DNA of 64,000 nt, from assembly GCA_963664235.1 (NCBI GenBank), contig OY760933.1, positions 3,281,048 to 3,345,047 of the forward strand. The letters are read 5' to 3'. Shown piece after piece: positions 37,403 through 46,766 of the stretch (its first letter is position 1; every line of letters begins with the position of its first letter). The notes beneath the pieces were generated by a model. It made no database searches and was not told the origin of the DNA. It saw nothing but the letters and a program-made list of their open reading frames with translations. The DNA is from Acidimicrobiales bacterium (GTDB taxonomy: Bacteria > Actinomycetota > Acidimicrobiia > Acidimicrobiales > CATQHL01). Made by a program: the position numbers and the translations under genes.

Positions 37403-38078
37403 GCGGCACATCGTCATGGTCGGCGAACGCTCCGGGCTCGGCTACGCCAACATCCGCCCCGAGTGGGCGGCGGACCTCGCCGCCCTGGAACTTGCCTCGT
37501 ACCCGACCGCCGACCCCGGCGATCTCTACGACGAACCGAGCCTGCTGCTCCTGGCACGGGACTACGCCGAGGGTTGCTTCGCGGCGTTCGACGGCGACCT
37601 GCTCGTGGCGATGGGGCTGGGGGTGCAGACCCTGTTCGACCTCGACGATCCCCAGCACACGATCGGCGACATCGTCCCGCACGACAACAGCAGCAGCGGG
37701 CACGTGCCCGATGGCGACTGGTACTACGGCACCGGCATCTCGACCCGCCCCGAATATCGCCGCCGAGGCATCGGCTCGGAGCTCTACGTGCTCCGCAAGC
37801 AGGTGTGCCGCGACCTGAACCTGCGGGGCATCGTGGCGGGTGGCGTCATCCCCGGCTACGCGGATCACAAGGATCGAATGAGCGCGGACACCTACATCGC
37901 CAAGGTGCGCGCCGGCCGGCTGTACGACCCCACCCTCAGCTTCCAGTTGGAGAACGGCTTCGAGGCCCCCTGCGCACTCGCCGGCTACATCGAGGACCCG
38001 GCGGTGGACAACTACGCCGCACTGATCGTCTGGCACAACCCCGACCACCGGGCAGCCGCAAGCGGGAGGGTCGCATGA
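37395..38078 (+). CDS. GNAT-family N-acetyltransferase
   Basis: YYGTGISTRPEYRRRGIGSELY fits the acetyl-CoA-binding R/Q-x-x-G-x-G/A motif. Start is GTG 37395 (8-nt overlap) or ATG 37416. Confidence 0.6.
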   Translation: MPERHIVMVGERSGLGYANIRPEWAADLAALELASYPTADPGDLYDEPSLLLLARDYAEGCFAAFDGDLLVAMGLGVQTLFDLDDPQHTIGDIVPHDNSSSGHVPDGDWYYGTGISTRPEYRRRGIGSELYVLRKQVCRDLNLRGIVAGGVIPGYADHKDRMSADTYIAKVRAGRLYDPTLSFQLENGFEAPCALAGYIEDPAVDNYAALIVWHNPDHRAAASGRVA

Positions 38079-38515
38079 TCGACGAGAAGGACCGCGAGAT
38101 CATCAAGTACCTCCAGACCGACGGCCGCATGGCGTACTCGTCGCTCGGGCGCCTGATCGGGCTGTCCGACGCGGCCACCCGCCAGCGCGTCCGGAGGCTC
38201 TGCGCCCGCGGCGTGATCGACATCGTGGCCGTCACCGACCCGGTGAAGATCGGGCTCGGCTACCAGGCGCTGCTGGGCGTCACGGTCACCGACGACGCCC
38301 GGGAGTTGGCGGCGAAGATCGGCGCCATGGACGACGCCGTCTACATCGTGCTGACCGCCGGCCGCTACGACCTCATCGTGGAGTTGGTGTGCACCGACGG
38401 CGACACGTTCGTCACACACGTCAACACCATCCGCACCATGGACGGGGTGATGAGCGTCGAGACCCTCCCCTACCTGGGGATCACCAAGCAGACCTACGAC
38501 TGGGGCGTGGGATGA
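38075..38515 (+). CDS. Lrp/AsnC-family transcriptional regulator
   Basis: DREIIKYLQTDGRMAYSSLGRLIGLSDAATRQRVRRL forms the HTH, followed by a C-terminal RAM/AsnC_trans_reg domain. ATGA overlap on both sides. Confidence 0.85.
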   Translation: MIDEKDREIIKYLQTDGRMAYSSLGRLIGLSDAATRQRVRRLCARGVIDIVAVTDPVKIGLGYQALLGVTVTDDARELAAKIGAMDDAVYIVLTAGRYDLIVELVCTDGDTFVTHVNTIRTMDGVMSVETLPYLGITKQTYDWGVG

Positions 38516-39489
38516 GCCCCGAGCGCCTCCTAGGCGATCAGGCCTTCCGCAGCCGGGACCTCGGCGGGCGTGATCCGGAGATGACCTACGGCGGCGCCGT
38601 GTCCTTCCTGCGCCGCAACTACACCCGGGATATCGCCGCAGCCGACATCGTCGTGTCGGGGATCCCCTTCGACATGGCGACGTCGAACCGCCCCGGCGCC
38701 CGCCTCGGACCGCGGGCGATCCGCGCCGCGTCCGTCGGCCTCGCCGAGCTGGAGGCCTACCCCTTCGGATTCGACCCCTTCGACCACCTCGCCGTGGTCG
38801 ACTACGGCGACTGCTACATGGACTTCGGCCAGCCCACCGAGGCCGTCGAGCGCATCGAGGCGCACGCAGCGGAGATCCTCGCCGCCGACGCCATGATGGT
38901 GACCCTGGGGGGTGACCACTTCGTCACCTATCCCCTGCTGCGCGCCCATGCGGAGAAGTTCGGGCCTTTGTCGCTCGTGCACTTCGACGCGCACTGCGAC
39001 ACCTGGCCCGACGACGGCACCCGGCTCGACCACGGGTCGATGTTCCTGCGCGCGGCCCGCGAGGGAATCATCGACCCGGCCACGTCGGTGCAGATCGGGA
39101 TCCGCACCCACAACGACGACACCCACGGGTTCACGATCCTGGGAGCGCCGTGGGTGCACCGCGAGGGCATTCCCGCCACCGTCGAGGTGGTCCGGGAGGT
39201 GGTCGGCGACGCCAAGGCGTACCTCACGTTCGACATCGACTGCCTCGACCCGGCGTTCGCTCCGGGCACGGGCACCCCGGTGGCGGGAGGTCTCACGACC
39301 GCGCAGGCCCTCGAGGCGATCCGGTCGCTGGGAGACCTCGACGTCGTGGGCATGGACGTCACCGAGGTGTCGCCGCCCTATGACGTCGCCGAGATCACCG
39401 CGCTGGCGGCCGCCACGATCGCGCACGACTTCATCTGCACCCAGGCCGTGCGAGCCGGCGCCACCGGCGCCACCTTCGGGCGCACCTGA
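38512..39489 (+). CDS. Agmatinase / guanidinobutyrase-family ureohydrolase
   Basis: Arginase-fold Mn motifs are present: [34 protein letters not shown], and EV...YD. Confidence 0.85.
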   Translation: MSPERLLGDQAFRSRDLGGRDPEMTYGGAVSFLRRNYTRDIAAADIVVSGIPFDMATSNRPGARLGPRAIRAASVGLAELEAYPFGFDPFDHLAVVDYGDCYMDFGQPTEAVERIEAHAAEILAADAMMVTLGGDHFVTYPLLRAHAEKFGPLSLVHFDAHCDTWPDDGTRLDHGSMFLRAAREGIIDPATSVQIGIRTHNDDTHGFTILGAPWVHREGIPATVEVVREVVGDAKAYLTFDIDCLDPAFAPGTGTPVAGGLTTAQALEAIRSLGDLDVVGMDVTEVSPPYDVAEITALAAATIAHDFICTQAVRAGATGATFGRT

Positions 39490-39502
39490 GGAGACACCAG
39501 AG

Positions 39503-40573
39503 ATGACAGACCCCGTCCCGGCCGTCACCGTCAAGGGCATCACCAAGCGGTTCGGCGACGTCACCGCGGTCGACGACATCGACCTGCAGATCGGCGACGG
39601 CGAGTTCTTCGCCCTGCTGGGACCGTCGGGCTGCGGCAAGACCACCACGCTGCGGATGATCGCCGGGCTGGACTTCCCGACGATGGGCAGCCTCAGGATC
39701 TTCGGCGACGAGGTGGGAACGCTGCCGCCCAACAAGCGGCCCGTCAACACGGTCTTCCAGGCGTACGCCCTGTTCCCGCACATGAACGTGGCCGACAACG
39801 TCGCCTTCGGCCTGAAGATGCAGAAGGTGGACCGCGCCGAACGCGCCCGGCGCGTCGCCGAGGCGGTGGGCCTCGTACAACTGGGCGGCATGGAGGGCCG
39901 GCGCCCCAACCAGCTCTCGGGCGGGCAACAGCAGCGGGTGGCGCTGGCACGCGCCCTGGTCAACCGGCCCAAGGTGCTGCTGCTGGACGAGCCCCTCGGC
40001 GCCCTGGATCTGAAGCTGCGCCAGGAGATGCAACTGGAGCTCAAAGCCCTGCAGCGCGAGGTGGGCATCACCTTCGTGTTCGTCACCCACGATCAGGAGG
40101 AGGCCCTCACCATGAGCGACCGCATCGCGGTCATGCACGAGGGCCGACTCCTGCAGGTGGGAACGCCGGAGGACATCTACCAGCGGCCCGCCAACCGGTT
40201 CGTGGCCGATTTCATCGGGCGCACCAACCTGCTGGATGCGACGGTGGCGTCCGCCGGCGAGGTAGTGCTCAGCAACGGCATGCGGGTTCAGGCCGCCTCC
40301 GAGCACGCCTTCGGCACGAAGGTGGCGGTCAGCCTGCGGCCCGAGCAGGCCTTCCTGCACCGGCGCGGCGGCTCCCCCGCCGGCTGGCCGAGCATCGACG
40401 GGGAACTCCGGGCGGTGACCTACGTCGGTAACGCTCTGGTCCACTCGGTGGCCGTGGACTGGATCACCATCGAGGTTCGCACCCCGTACCGGTCCACCGA
40501 GTCGCCGCTGGAGACCGGCGACGAGGTGAGCGTGAGCTGGGAGCCCGGCGGGGTCACGGTTGTGGGCGACTGA
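39503..40573 (+). CDS. potA: Spermidine/putrescine-type ABC transporter ATP-binding protein
   Basis: [35 protein letters not shown] and a C-terminal TOBE-like domain. Confidence 0.85.
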   Translation: MTDPVPAVTVKGITKRFGDVTAVDDIDLQIGDGEFFALLGPSGCGKTTTLRMIAGLDFPTMGSLRIFGDEVGTLPPNKRPVNTVFQAYALFPHMNVADNVAFGLKMQKVDRAERARRVAEAVGLVQLGGMEGRRPNQLSGGQQQRVALARALVNRPKVLLLDEPLGALDLKLRQEMQLELKALQREVGITFVFVTHDQEEALTMSDRIAVMHEGRLLQVGTPEDIYQRPANRFVADFIGRTNLLDATVASAGEVVLSNGMRVQAASEHAFGTKVAVSLRPEQAFLHRRGGSPAGWPSIDGELRAVTYVGNALVHSVAVDWITIEVRTPYRSTESPLETGDEVSVSWEPGGVTVVGD

Positions 40574-41481
40574 TGACCCTCGCCCCCACGCCCCCCGATT
40601 CAGCGGCCGCCGCCGAGGCGACGCCTGAGTTCGAACGGGCGGCGGCCAAGGCCGACTCGCGGCGGGGGTTCCTGCTGGCCGGACCCGCCTACCTCTACCT
40701 CCTCATCTTCTTCGCCGTCCCGTTGGGGATCGTCTTCGCGTACTCCTTCGCCAGCCGCAACCGCTTCGGCGAGGCGGTCTTCACCGAGACCGGTCTCGAC
40801 GCCTACCGGCGCCTCGCCGAGCCGATCGTGCGCGACATCCTCTTCCGCTCGCTGTGGCTGGCCCTGCTGACGACGGTCATCTGCCTGGTCGTGGGCTACC
40901 CGTTCTCGTACTACCTCACGACCCGCAGTTCGAAGGTGCGCAACATCCTGCTGGTGTTCGTGATGATCCCGTTCTGGTCCAACTTCCTGGTCCGGAACTA
41001 CGCCTGGCGGGTGATCCTGGGCAAGGACGGCGTCATCAGCCGCATCACCGACTTCCTGGGATTCGGCGAGTTGGAGATCCTCTTCACCCCCAGTGCCGTG
41101 GTGCTGGGCCTGGTGTACGGGTTCCTGCCGTTCATGATCCTGCCCCTCTATGCCTCCATCGAGCGCATAGATATGTCCCTCCTGGAGGCGGGGCGCGACC
41201 TGTACGCCTCCGGCTGGCAGAACTTCCGCCGGATCCTTTTCCCGCTGTCCAAGCCGGGCGTCATCGCGGGGTCGATCCTGGTGTTCGTCCCCAGCCTCGG
41301 CGCGTATGTGACCCCGGAGATCCTCGGCGGCGCGAAAACGACGCTGCTGGGCAGCTACATCGTGACGCAGTTCCTGACCGCCCGGAACTGGCCGGTGGGT
41401 GCCTCGCTGTCCTTCGTGCTGATGGCCGTGATGCTCCTCGCCACCATCGTGTACTTCCGGTCGGGAGGGCGGAACCTGTGA
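40573..41481 (+). CDS. potB: Polyamine ABC transporter permease
   Basis: Six-TM binding-protein-dependent permease with EAGRDLYASGWQNFRRILFPLSKPG (EAA loop). Confidence 0.8.
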   Translation: MTLAPTPPDSAAAAEATPEFERAAAKADSRRGFLLAGPAYLYLLIFFAVPLGIVFAYSFASRNRFGEAVFTETGLDAYRRLAEPIVRDILFRSLWLALLTTVICLVVGYPFSYYLTTRSSKVRNILLVFVMIPFWSNFLVRNYAWRVILGKDGVISRITDFLGFGELEILFTPSAVVLGLVYGFLPFMILPLYASIERIDMSLLEAGRDLYASGWQNFRRILFPLSKPGVIAGSILVFVPSLGAYVTPEILGGAKTTLLGSYIVTQFLTARNWPVGASLSFVLMAVMLLATIVYFRSGGRNL

Positions 41482-42410
41482 GCGCCACCACCCGCCGCGT
41501 GCTCACGAGCGACGGCGCACAACGGGTGCGCCGCTTCACCCGCGGCTGGAGCCCCACGCGAGCCGCGCTCGGCGCCAACGCATGGCTTGTGTACGCCTTC
41601 TTCTACGCGCCGATCGCCCTGCTGGTGGTGTTCTCCTTCAGCGCCGACCGCAACGTCGGCCGCTGGGGCGGCTTCACCCTGGGCTGGTACGACGACTTCA
41701 TCGGGAATACGAGCATCCAGAACGCCATCTGGGTGTCGGTGCGGGTCGCCCTGCTGTCCACGGTCATCTCCGTGGTGCTCGGCACTCTCGCCGCCCTGGC
41801 CATCGAGCGGTTCCGCTTCCGGGGACGCCAGGCCTTCGACGCGCTGCTGTACCTGCCGATCATCATCCCCGACGTCACCATGGCGGTGATGATGCTGCTG
41901 TTCTTCTCGCAGTTCTTCGACCTGCTCAACCTGGTGTTCGACGCCGACCTCCGCAAGGGCTTCGCCAGCATCACCGTCAGCCACATCGCCTTCAACATCA
42001 GCTTCGTGTCGGTGGTGGTGCGGGCCCGTCTCGCCGGCATGGACCGCCGGCTCGAGGAGGCCGCCCTGGATCTCTACGCAAGCCGTTGGAAGGCGTTCAG
42101 GTACGTGACGCTGCCGCAGATCGCGCCCGGCGTGGCTGGCGGGGCGCTGCTCGCCCTCACCCTGTCGCTCGACGACGTCGTCGTCACCCAGTTCGCCTCG
42201 GGCCCCGGCGCCACGACGCTGCCCGTGTACGTCTTCGGGCTGATCCGCCGGGGTGTCACCCCTCTCATCAACTCCGTCTCGGTGGTGATGCTGATCGCCT
42301 CGGTCGGCCTCGTGATCCTGTCGCTGCTCGTGCAGCGGTCCCGTGGTGGCGCCGCGGCCGGCCCGCCGGGCGCGGTCGCAGCCACCGGCCGATCCCGCCG
42401 AAGTTCCTGA
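41478..42410 (+). CDS. potC: Polyamine ABC transporter permease
   Basis: GTG overlaps the potB stop (GTGA). EAA loop EAALDLYASRWKAFRYVTLPQIAPG. Confidence 0.8.
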   Translation: MSATTRRVLTSDGAQRVRRFTRGWSPTRAALGANAWLVYAFFYAPIALLVVFSFSADRNVGRWGGFTLGWYDDFIGNTSIQNAIWVSVRVALLSTVISVVLGTLAALAIERFRFRGRQAFDALLYLPIIIPDVTMAVMMLLFFSQFFDLLNLVFDADLRKGFASITVSHIAFNISFVSVVVRARLAGMDRRLEEAALDLYASRWKAFRYVTLPQIAPGVAGGALLALTLSLDDVVVTQFASGPGATTLPVYVFGLIRRGVTPLINSVSVVMLIASVGLVILSLLVQRSRGGAAAGPPGAVAATGRSRRSS

Positions 42411-42446
42411 CCAAAGGACAACCCAACACAACAAGGAGACACCACC

Positions 42447-43547
42447 ATGTCGACCAAATTACTCTTCCGGTTGCTGGCCGGGTTGCTGACCGTTGTGCTC
42501 GTCGCCGCCGCCTGCGGCGGTGACGACGACGGTGTCAGCGCCGCCGACTGCGATGTCGGTGAAACCGACGGCAATCTCGCCATCTACAACTGGGCCGAAT
42601 ACATCGACGAGGAGCAACTGGCCGCGTTCAGCGACGAGTTCGGCGTGAGCGTGACCATGGACGTCTACGACTCCAACGAGGCGATGCAGCCGATCATCGC
42701 GGCGGGCAACTCGGGCTACTCGCTGATCGTGCCGTCGGACTACATGGTGGCGATCCTCATCGCCGGCGAGGACGTCCAGCCGCTGAACAAGGACGCCATC
42801 CCGAACCTGTCGAACGTCTCGGCGGACTTCCGGGACCTGGTCTACGACCCCGAGGGCGACTACTCGGCTCCGTACCAGTGGGGAACCACCGGCATCGCCG
42901 TCGACACCGCCGTCGTGGGCACCGACTTCCCACGCAGCTGGGGGCTCATCTTCGATCCCGCCGTCGCCGACGAGTTCTCCGGGCGGATCTCGCTGCTGAA
43001 CGATCCCCGCGAGACGATCGGCGCGGCGCTGAAGTATCTCGGCTACTCCCTGAACAGCACCAGCCAGGACGAGTTGGATGAGGCCACAGCACTCGTGGCC
43101 GCCAGCCGCGACCGCCTGGCCGCCTTCAACACCGACTCCTCCGATGAACTGTTGACAACCGGCGAGACCGCCGTCGCCCACGGCTACTCCGGCGACATGT
43201 TCACGCAGTTCCTCGAGACCGACGATCCGTCGCAGTACGTGTACTTCGTACCGGAGGAGGGCGGCACCCGCTGGATCGACAACATGGCGATCCCGTTCGA
43301 CGCACCATCACCGTGCACGGCCCACACCTTCATCAACTGGCTGCTGACCGGCGAGCAGGGCGCGGCCTTGTCGAACTGGAACTACTACGGCACGCCCAAC
43401 AGCGCCGCCCTCGACGGGCTCGACGAGGACCTGTTCGACTTCATCTCCGACCCGGCCGTGGCTCCCGTGGCGATCCTCGAGGAGATCGTGGACACCGGCG
43501 ACTTCGAGGTGAACTACTCCGACGCGTTCACCGAGGCCAAGGGCTAG
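42447..43547 (+). CDS. potD: Polyamine (spermidine/putrescine/agmatine-type) ABC substrate-binding lipoprotein
   Basis: RBS AAGGAG. Signal peptide with lipobox VAAAC. LAIYNWAEYID and PYQWGTTGI are PotD/PotF-family hallmarks. Confidence 0.8.
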   Translation: MSTKLLFRLLAGLLTVVLVAAACGGDDDGVSAADCDVGETDGNLAIYNWAEYIDEEQLAAFSDEFGVSVTMDVYDSNEAMQPIIAAGNSGYSLIVPSDYMVAILIAGEDVQPLNKDAIPNLSNVSADFRDLVYDPEGDYSAPYQWGTTGIAVDTAVVGTDFPRSWGLIFDPAVADEFSGRISLLNDPRETIGAALKYLGYSLNSTSQDELDEATALVAASRDRLAAFNTDSSDELLTTGETAVAHGYSGDMFTQFLETDDPSQYVYFVPEEGGTRWIDNMAIPFDAPSPCTAHTFINWLLTGEQGAALSNWNYYGTPNSAALDGLDEDLFDFISDPAVAPVAILEEIVDTGDFEVNYSDAFTEAKG

Positions 43548-43567
43548 CCCCGAGGCCCTCCCCCATC

Positions 43568-43601
43568 GCGGCCGGGGTCACAACGGCGTGGCCCCGGCCG
43601 C
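43568..43601 (+). terminator. Long GC hairpin GCGGCCGGGGTCAC-AACGGC-GTGGCCCCGGCCGC after potD
   Basis: 14-bp stem with one mismatch, 21 nt after the potD stop. No U-tract. Confidence 0.45.
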
Positions 43602-43977
43602 CCGCCACGACGGCGCGGAGAACCTGATCGATCGCCAAGCGTTGCGTTCGGGTTCTTGCACCGCGGTCGGCGTGTCTGCCGTTGGTCTGAAGTCGCAGTG
43701 TGCCTGTCAGGCCGAGCGCGCTTGGTGAGGCGACCGGTCTCATCGATGTCGTGTGGGTCGGCGCGCCGCTGCTGAGCTGTCTAGTCTTCAAGATCACTCT
43801 TTATCATGCACATTCCAAGTATTTGTATCAAGTTCCATCGACTACGCGAGTTGTTGTGATCCTTGTGTTACTGTTCCTGGGCCGTCGTCGGACCCTGGAG
43901 GTGTGTGGTGCTCCCACCCCGGGTCGGATCGTCCGAGGATTGGCTAGGCAGATCGTCTCACCGCAGATGGTGAACCC

Positions 43978-46587
43978 ATGAGGTTCTCGGCCTGGCTGGT
44001 TGCAGCAGCGCTGGTGTCGTTGTTGGCGGGTCCGTGTGATGTGGTTGACGATGAGCCGGCGGATGGTTCGGCGCCTGAGGTCCCGGCGGAGCGGTTCGTG
44101 GCGGTGGAGGCCAGCAACGAGTTCGGTTGCGCCTTGCGTGATGACGGCGTGGTGCGCTGTTGGGGCTTCTGGCCGCCGTCGGCGGTGTCGGCGGTACCGG
44201 AGGGAGAGTTCTCGGCGATCAGCGTCGGTCCGCAAGTGGTGTGCGGGATTCGCGTCGGCGGGACTATCGACTGCTGGGGCAGGGATCGTTTCGATCTGCT
44301 GGCGCCGCCGGTCGGTGAGTTCTCTTCCGTCGACGTCGGTTTCGCCGCGGCGTGTGGCGTTCGGGTGGGCGGCGAGGTGGCGTGTTGGGGCGACCGTGGC
44401 CGCGGGCCGGTTCCGGAGGGGCGTTTCCGCGCGGTCGCGGCCTACGGCGACGACGATCCCTCCTTCAGCGCCGCCGCCTGCGGGATCCGTGTCGACGGGA
44501 CGATCGTTTGCTGGGGGGGAGGGGCGGAGTACTGGATACCGCCGGAGGGCTCGTTCCGGTCTCTGAGTGTCGCGTCGGACTATGGGTGCGGCGTCCGCGA
44601 CAGCGGGGAGGTGGCTTGCTGGGGACCCGCGGGGCGATCGTGCTTGGTCCGCGACGGGGTCCTGGATTGCCGGGCGCGTTACAACGACGACGGGCGGGAC
44701 TCACCGCCGGAGGGCGCGTTCATCGATGTTGCGGTGAACAGGGTGTTCTCGTGCGGTGTTCGGGCTGACGGGGAGGTGACGTGTTGGGGGGTCGAGAGAA
44801 CCAAGGAGTGCCATCTCCAGGTGACGTGCAGCGGGTGGGACAACGGTCCGATCCCGCCGGGTCCGTTCGTGTCGATCGACGTGGCGGCAATGGGTAGGCA
44901 CACGTCGCCGGTCTGCGGGCTGCGCCCCGACGGTCGTATCGATTGTTGGAACGACGGGTCGCAGCGCTTGCGGCCGCCGCCGGGCGCGTTCGTGGCGGTG
45001 GACGTCGGGGCAGCGAATTGCGCGGTGCGCGTCGACGGATCGGCGACGTGTTGGGGGGAGGTGGATTGGTTGGACTCGCTGCCGCCGGGAGCGTTCGCGG
45101 CGGTCAGCGGCTCTTCGACCCACGGATGCGGGCTGCGTCCCGGAGGCGAGGCGGAGTGTTGGGGATCCAATGAGTGGGGCGAAGCGAGACCGCCGGCGGG
45201 GCGATTCACGGCTATCGATGTGGGAACGAACCTGTCGTGCGGGCTGCGCGCAGACAGGGAAATCGCCTGCTGGGGTCGCAATATCTCCGGTGAGGCCGAG
45301 CCTCCTGAGGGTCCCTTCGTCGGGGTCTACGCCGGCTGGAGGCGCGGCTGCGGGCTGCGCCCAAACGAGACGGCGGAGTGCTGGAGCCTGACCCGCAGTC
45401 TGTCAGCGAGTGCAGCGGCAGCCGTGTTCGCGGCGCCGGATTTCAGCAACCCCCGGTGGCGGGACTCGCTCCCCGGGGGCTCGTTCGACTTCATCGACTC
45501 GCGCGGCCGGACGGCTTGCGGGATCCGTCCAACCGGCGCAGTGGAGTGTTGGAGCCCGTTCTGGCCGCCCGGCGCCGGCGTGGCCGCTCCGGCCACCGTC
45601 CCACCGACTCCCGAGCCGCGTCGCGGCGTGCACAGGGACCTCTCGTGGGTTCAGGGCGACATCGTGGGTGGACCGTACGAAGCGCTTGATTCGGGCTGGT
45701 ATCACACGTGCGGGCTGCGCCGCGACAGCGCCGTCGAGTGCTGGGGCAACGCGACGCGCTCGGTGGCGGGCACCTTCGGCAGCATCGACGTGGACTGGAG
45801 AGCGGCCTGCGGGATCGGCGCCGACGGAATAAGGCGCTGCTGGACACTGGGTGCGCACGCGACAGCCGAACCGGCCGTCATCGCCCCGATCGCGCCGGGC
45901 GAGGATGTCCTCGCCACCCAACGCGGGTACCGGGCTCACTGCGTCCTGCTCGCCGGCGGCGCCATCGCCTGTCGAGACATCCTGGACGGCACGACGCAAC
46001 GCCGGGCAGGTCCGTTCGCGCAGTTCAGCATCGGCTGGGGATTCCAGTTCGATCCGGATACAGACACCAGCCAGATGAGCCCCGAACGGCCCAACATCAA
46101 CGTCCCCGGGCACTACGTGGACTTGAACCGGGAGGCCGAGGCCAGTTCCCACGTCTGTGCCATCGGCCGTGACGGCTCACTCGACTGCTGGGGCTCCGGC
46201 AGCCGCGGCCAGACCGCGTTGCCGGCACCGTGGCGGGACGATCCCCCCTACAGCGACATCGCCGCAGGGTTTGCGCACACCTGCGCAATCGGTGCTTCCG
46301 GCGAGGTGATCTGCTGGGGCGACAACCGGTACGGCCAGGTCTTAGCGCCGCCGGGCACGTTCACCGACCTCAGCGCCGGCCAGTGGCACACCTGCGGGCT
46401 GCGGACAGACGGTGAGATCGATTGCTGGGGCAACGGACCGGCCGCTTCGAACGAACGCTATGACCAACCCCCGGACGGAGCGCCCGCGTCACCGCCGGCT
46501 GGGCCGTTCACAGCCGTCGCCGCGGGTCTCTGGCACACCTGCGCGCTGCGCCCCGACGGCACCGCCACCTGCTGGCTCAGCTACTGA
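43978..46587 (+). CDS. Exported repeat protein: about 19 RCC1-like (beta-propeller blade) repeats, each with a conserved Cys pair
   Basis: N-terminal hydrophobic signal MRFSAWLVAAALVSLLAG. The motif C-[GA]-[LIV]-R-x-[DG]-G-x-x-x-C-W-G recurs about every 38-50 aa. The last repeats look classical RCC1 (HTCAIGASGEVICWGDNRYGQ). Confidence 0.75.
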   Translation: MRFSAWLVAAALVSLLAGPCDVVDDEPADGSAPEVPAERFVAVEASNEFGCALRDDGVVRCWGFWPPSAVSAVPEGEFSAISVGPQVVCGIRVGGTIDCWGRDRFDLLAPPVGEFSSVDVGFAAACGVRVGGEVACWGDRGRGPVPEGRFRAVAAYGDDDPSFSAAACGIRVDGTIVCWGGGAEYWIPPEGSFRSLSVASDYGCGVRDSGEVACWGPAGRSCLVRDGVLDCRARYNDDGRDSPPEGAFIDVAVNRVFSCGVRADGEVTCWGVERTKECHLQVTCSGWDNGPIPPGPFVSIDVAAMGRHTSPVCGLRPDGRIDCWNDGSQRLRPPPGAFVAVDVGAANCAVRVDGSATCWGEVDWLDSLPPGAFAAVSGSSTHGCGLRPGGEAECWGSNEWGEARPPAGRFTAIDVGTNLSCGLRADREIACWGRNISGEAEPPEGPFVGVYAGWRRGCGLRPNETAECWSLTRSLSASAAAAVFAAPDFSNPRWRDSLPGGSFDFIDSRGRTACGIRPTGAVECWSPFWPPGAGVAAPATVPPTPEPRRGVHRDLSWVQGDIVGGPYEALDSGWYHTCGLRRDSAVECWGNATRSVAGTFGSIDVDWRAACGIGADGIRRCWTLGAHATAEPAVIAPIAPGEDVLATQRGYRAHCVLLAGGAIACRDILDGTTQRRAGPFAQFSIGWGFQFDPDTDTSQMSPERPNINVPGHYVDLNREAEASSHVCAIGRDGSLDCWGSGSRGQTALPAPWRDDPPYSDIAAGFAHTCAIGASGEVICWGDNRYGQVLAPPGTFTDLSAGQWHTCGLRTDGEIDCWGNGPAASNERYDQPPDGAPASPPAGPFTAVAAGLWHTCALRPDGTATCWLSY

Positions 46588-46766
46588 CTTGTCGGTGGAT
46601 TCGGGCTGCGAGTTCGACGGCAGTGAGTTGAGTTCATCGGTTTCGGGGGCGGCCGGGTGACGGTGTGCGCGGTACCCCTGCTTGGTGTTGGGGATTTCCT
46701 GTGGATGTCAATAGTTTCGCTTACTTTGACTTAAATAGTCGTACAGATGTTGGTAGTATTGTGGAT

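Noticed and set aside
43700-43981. Small ORFs (64-93 aa) in the AT-rich spacer upstream of the repeat-protein gene
   Set aside because: They have no RBS, their composition is atypical for this genome's coding regions, they overlap one another in different frames, and no motif is recognisable.
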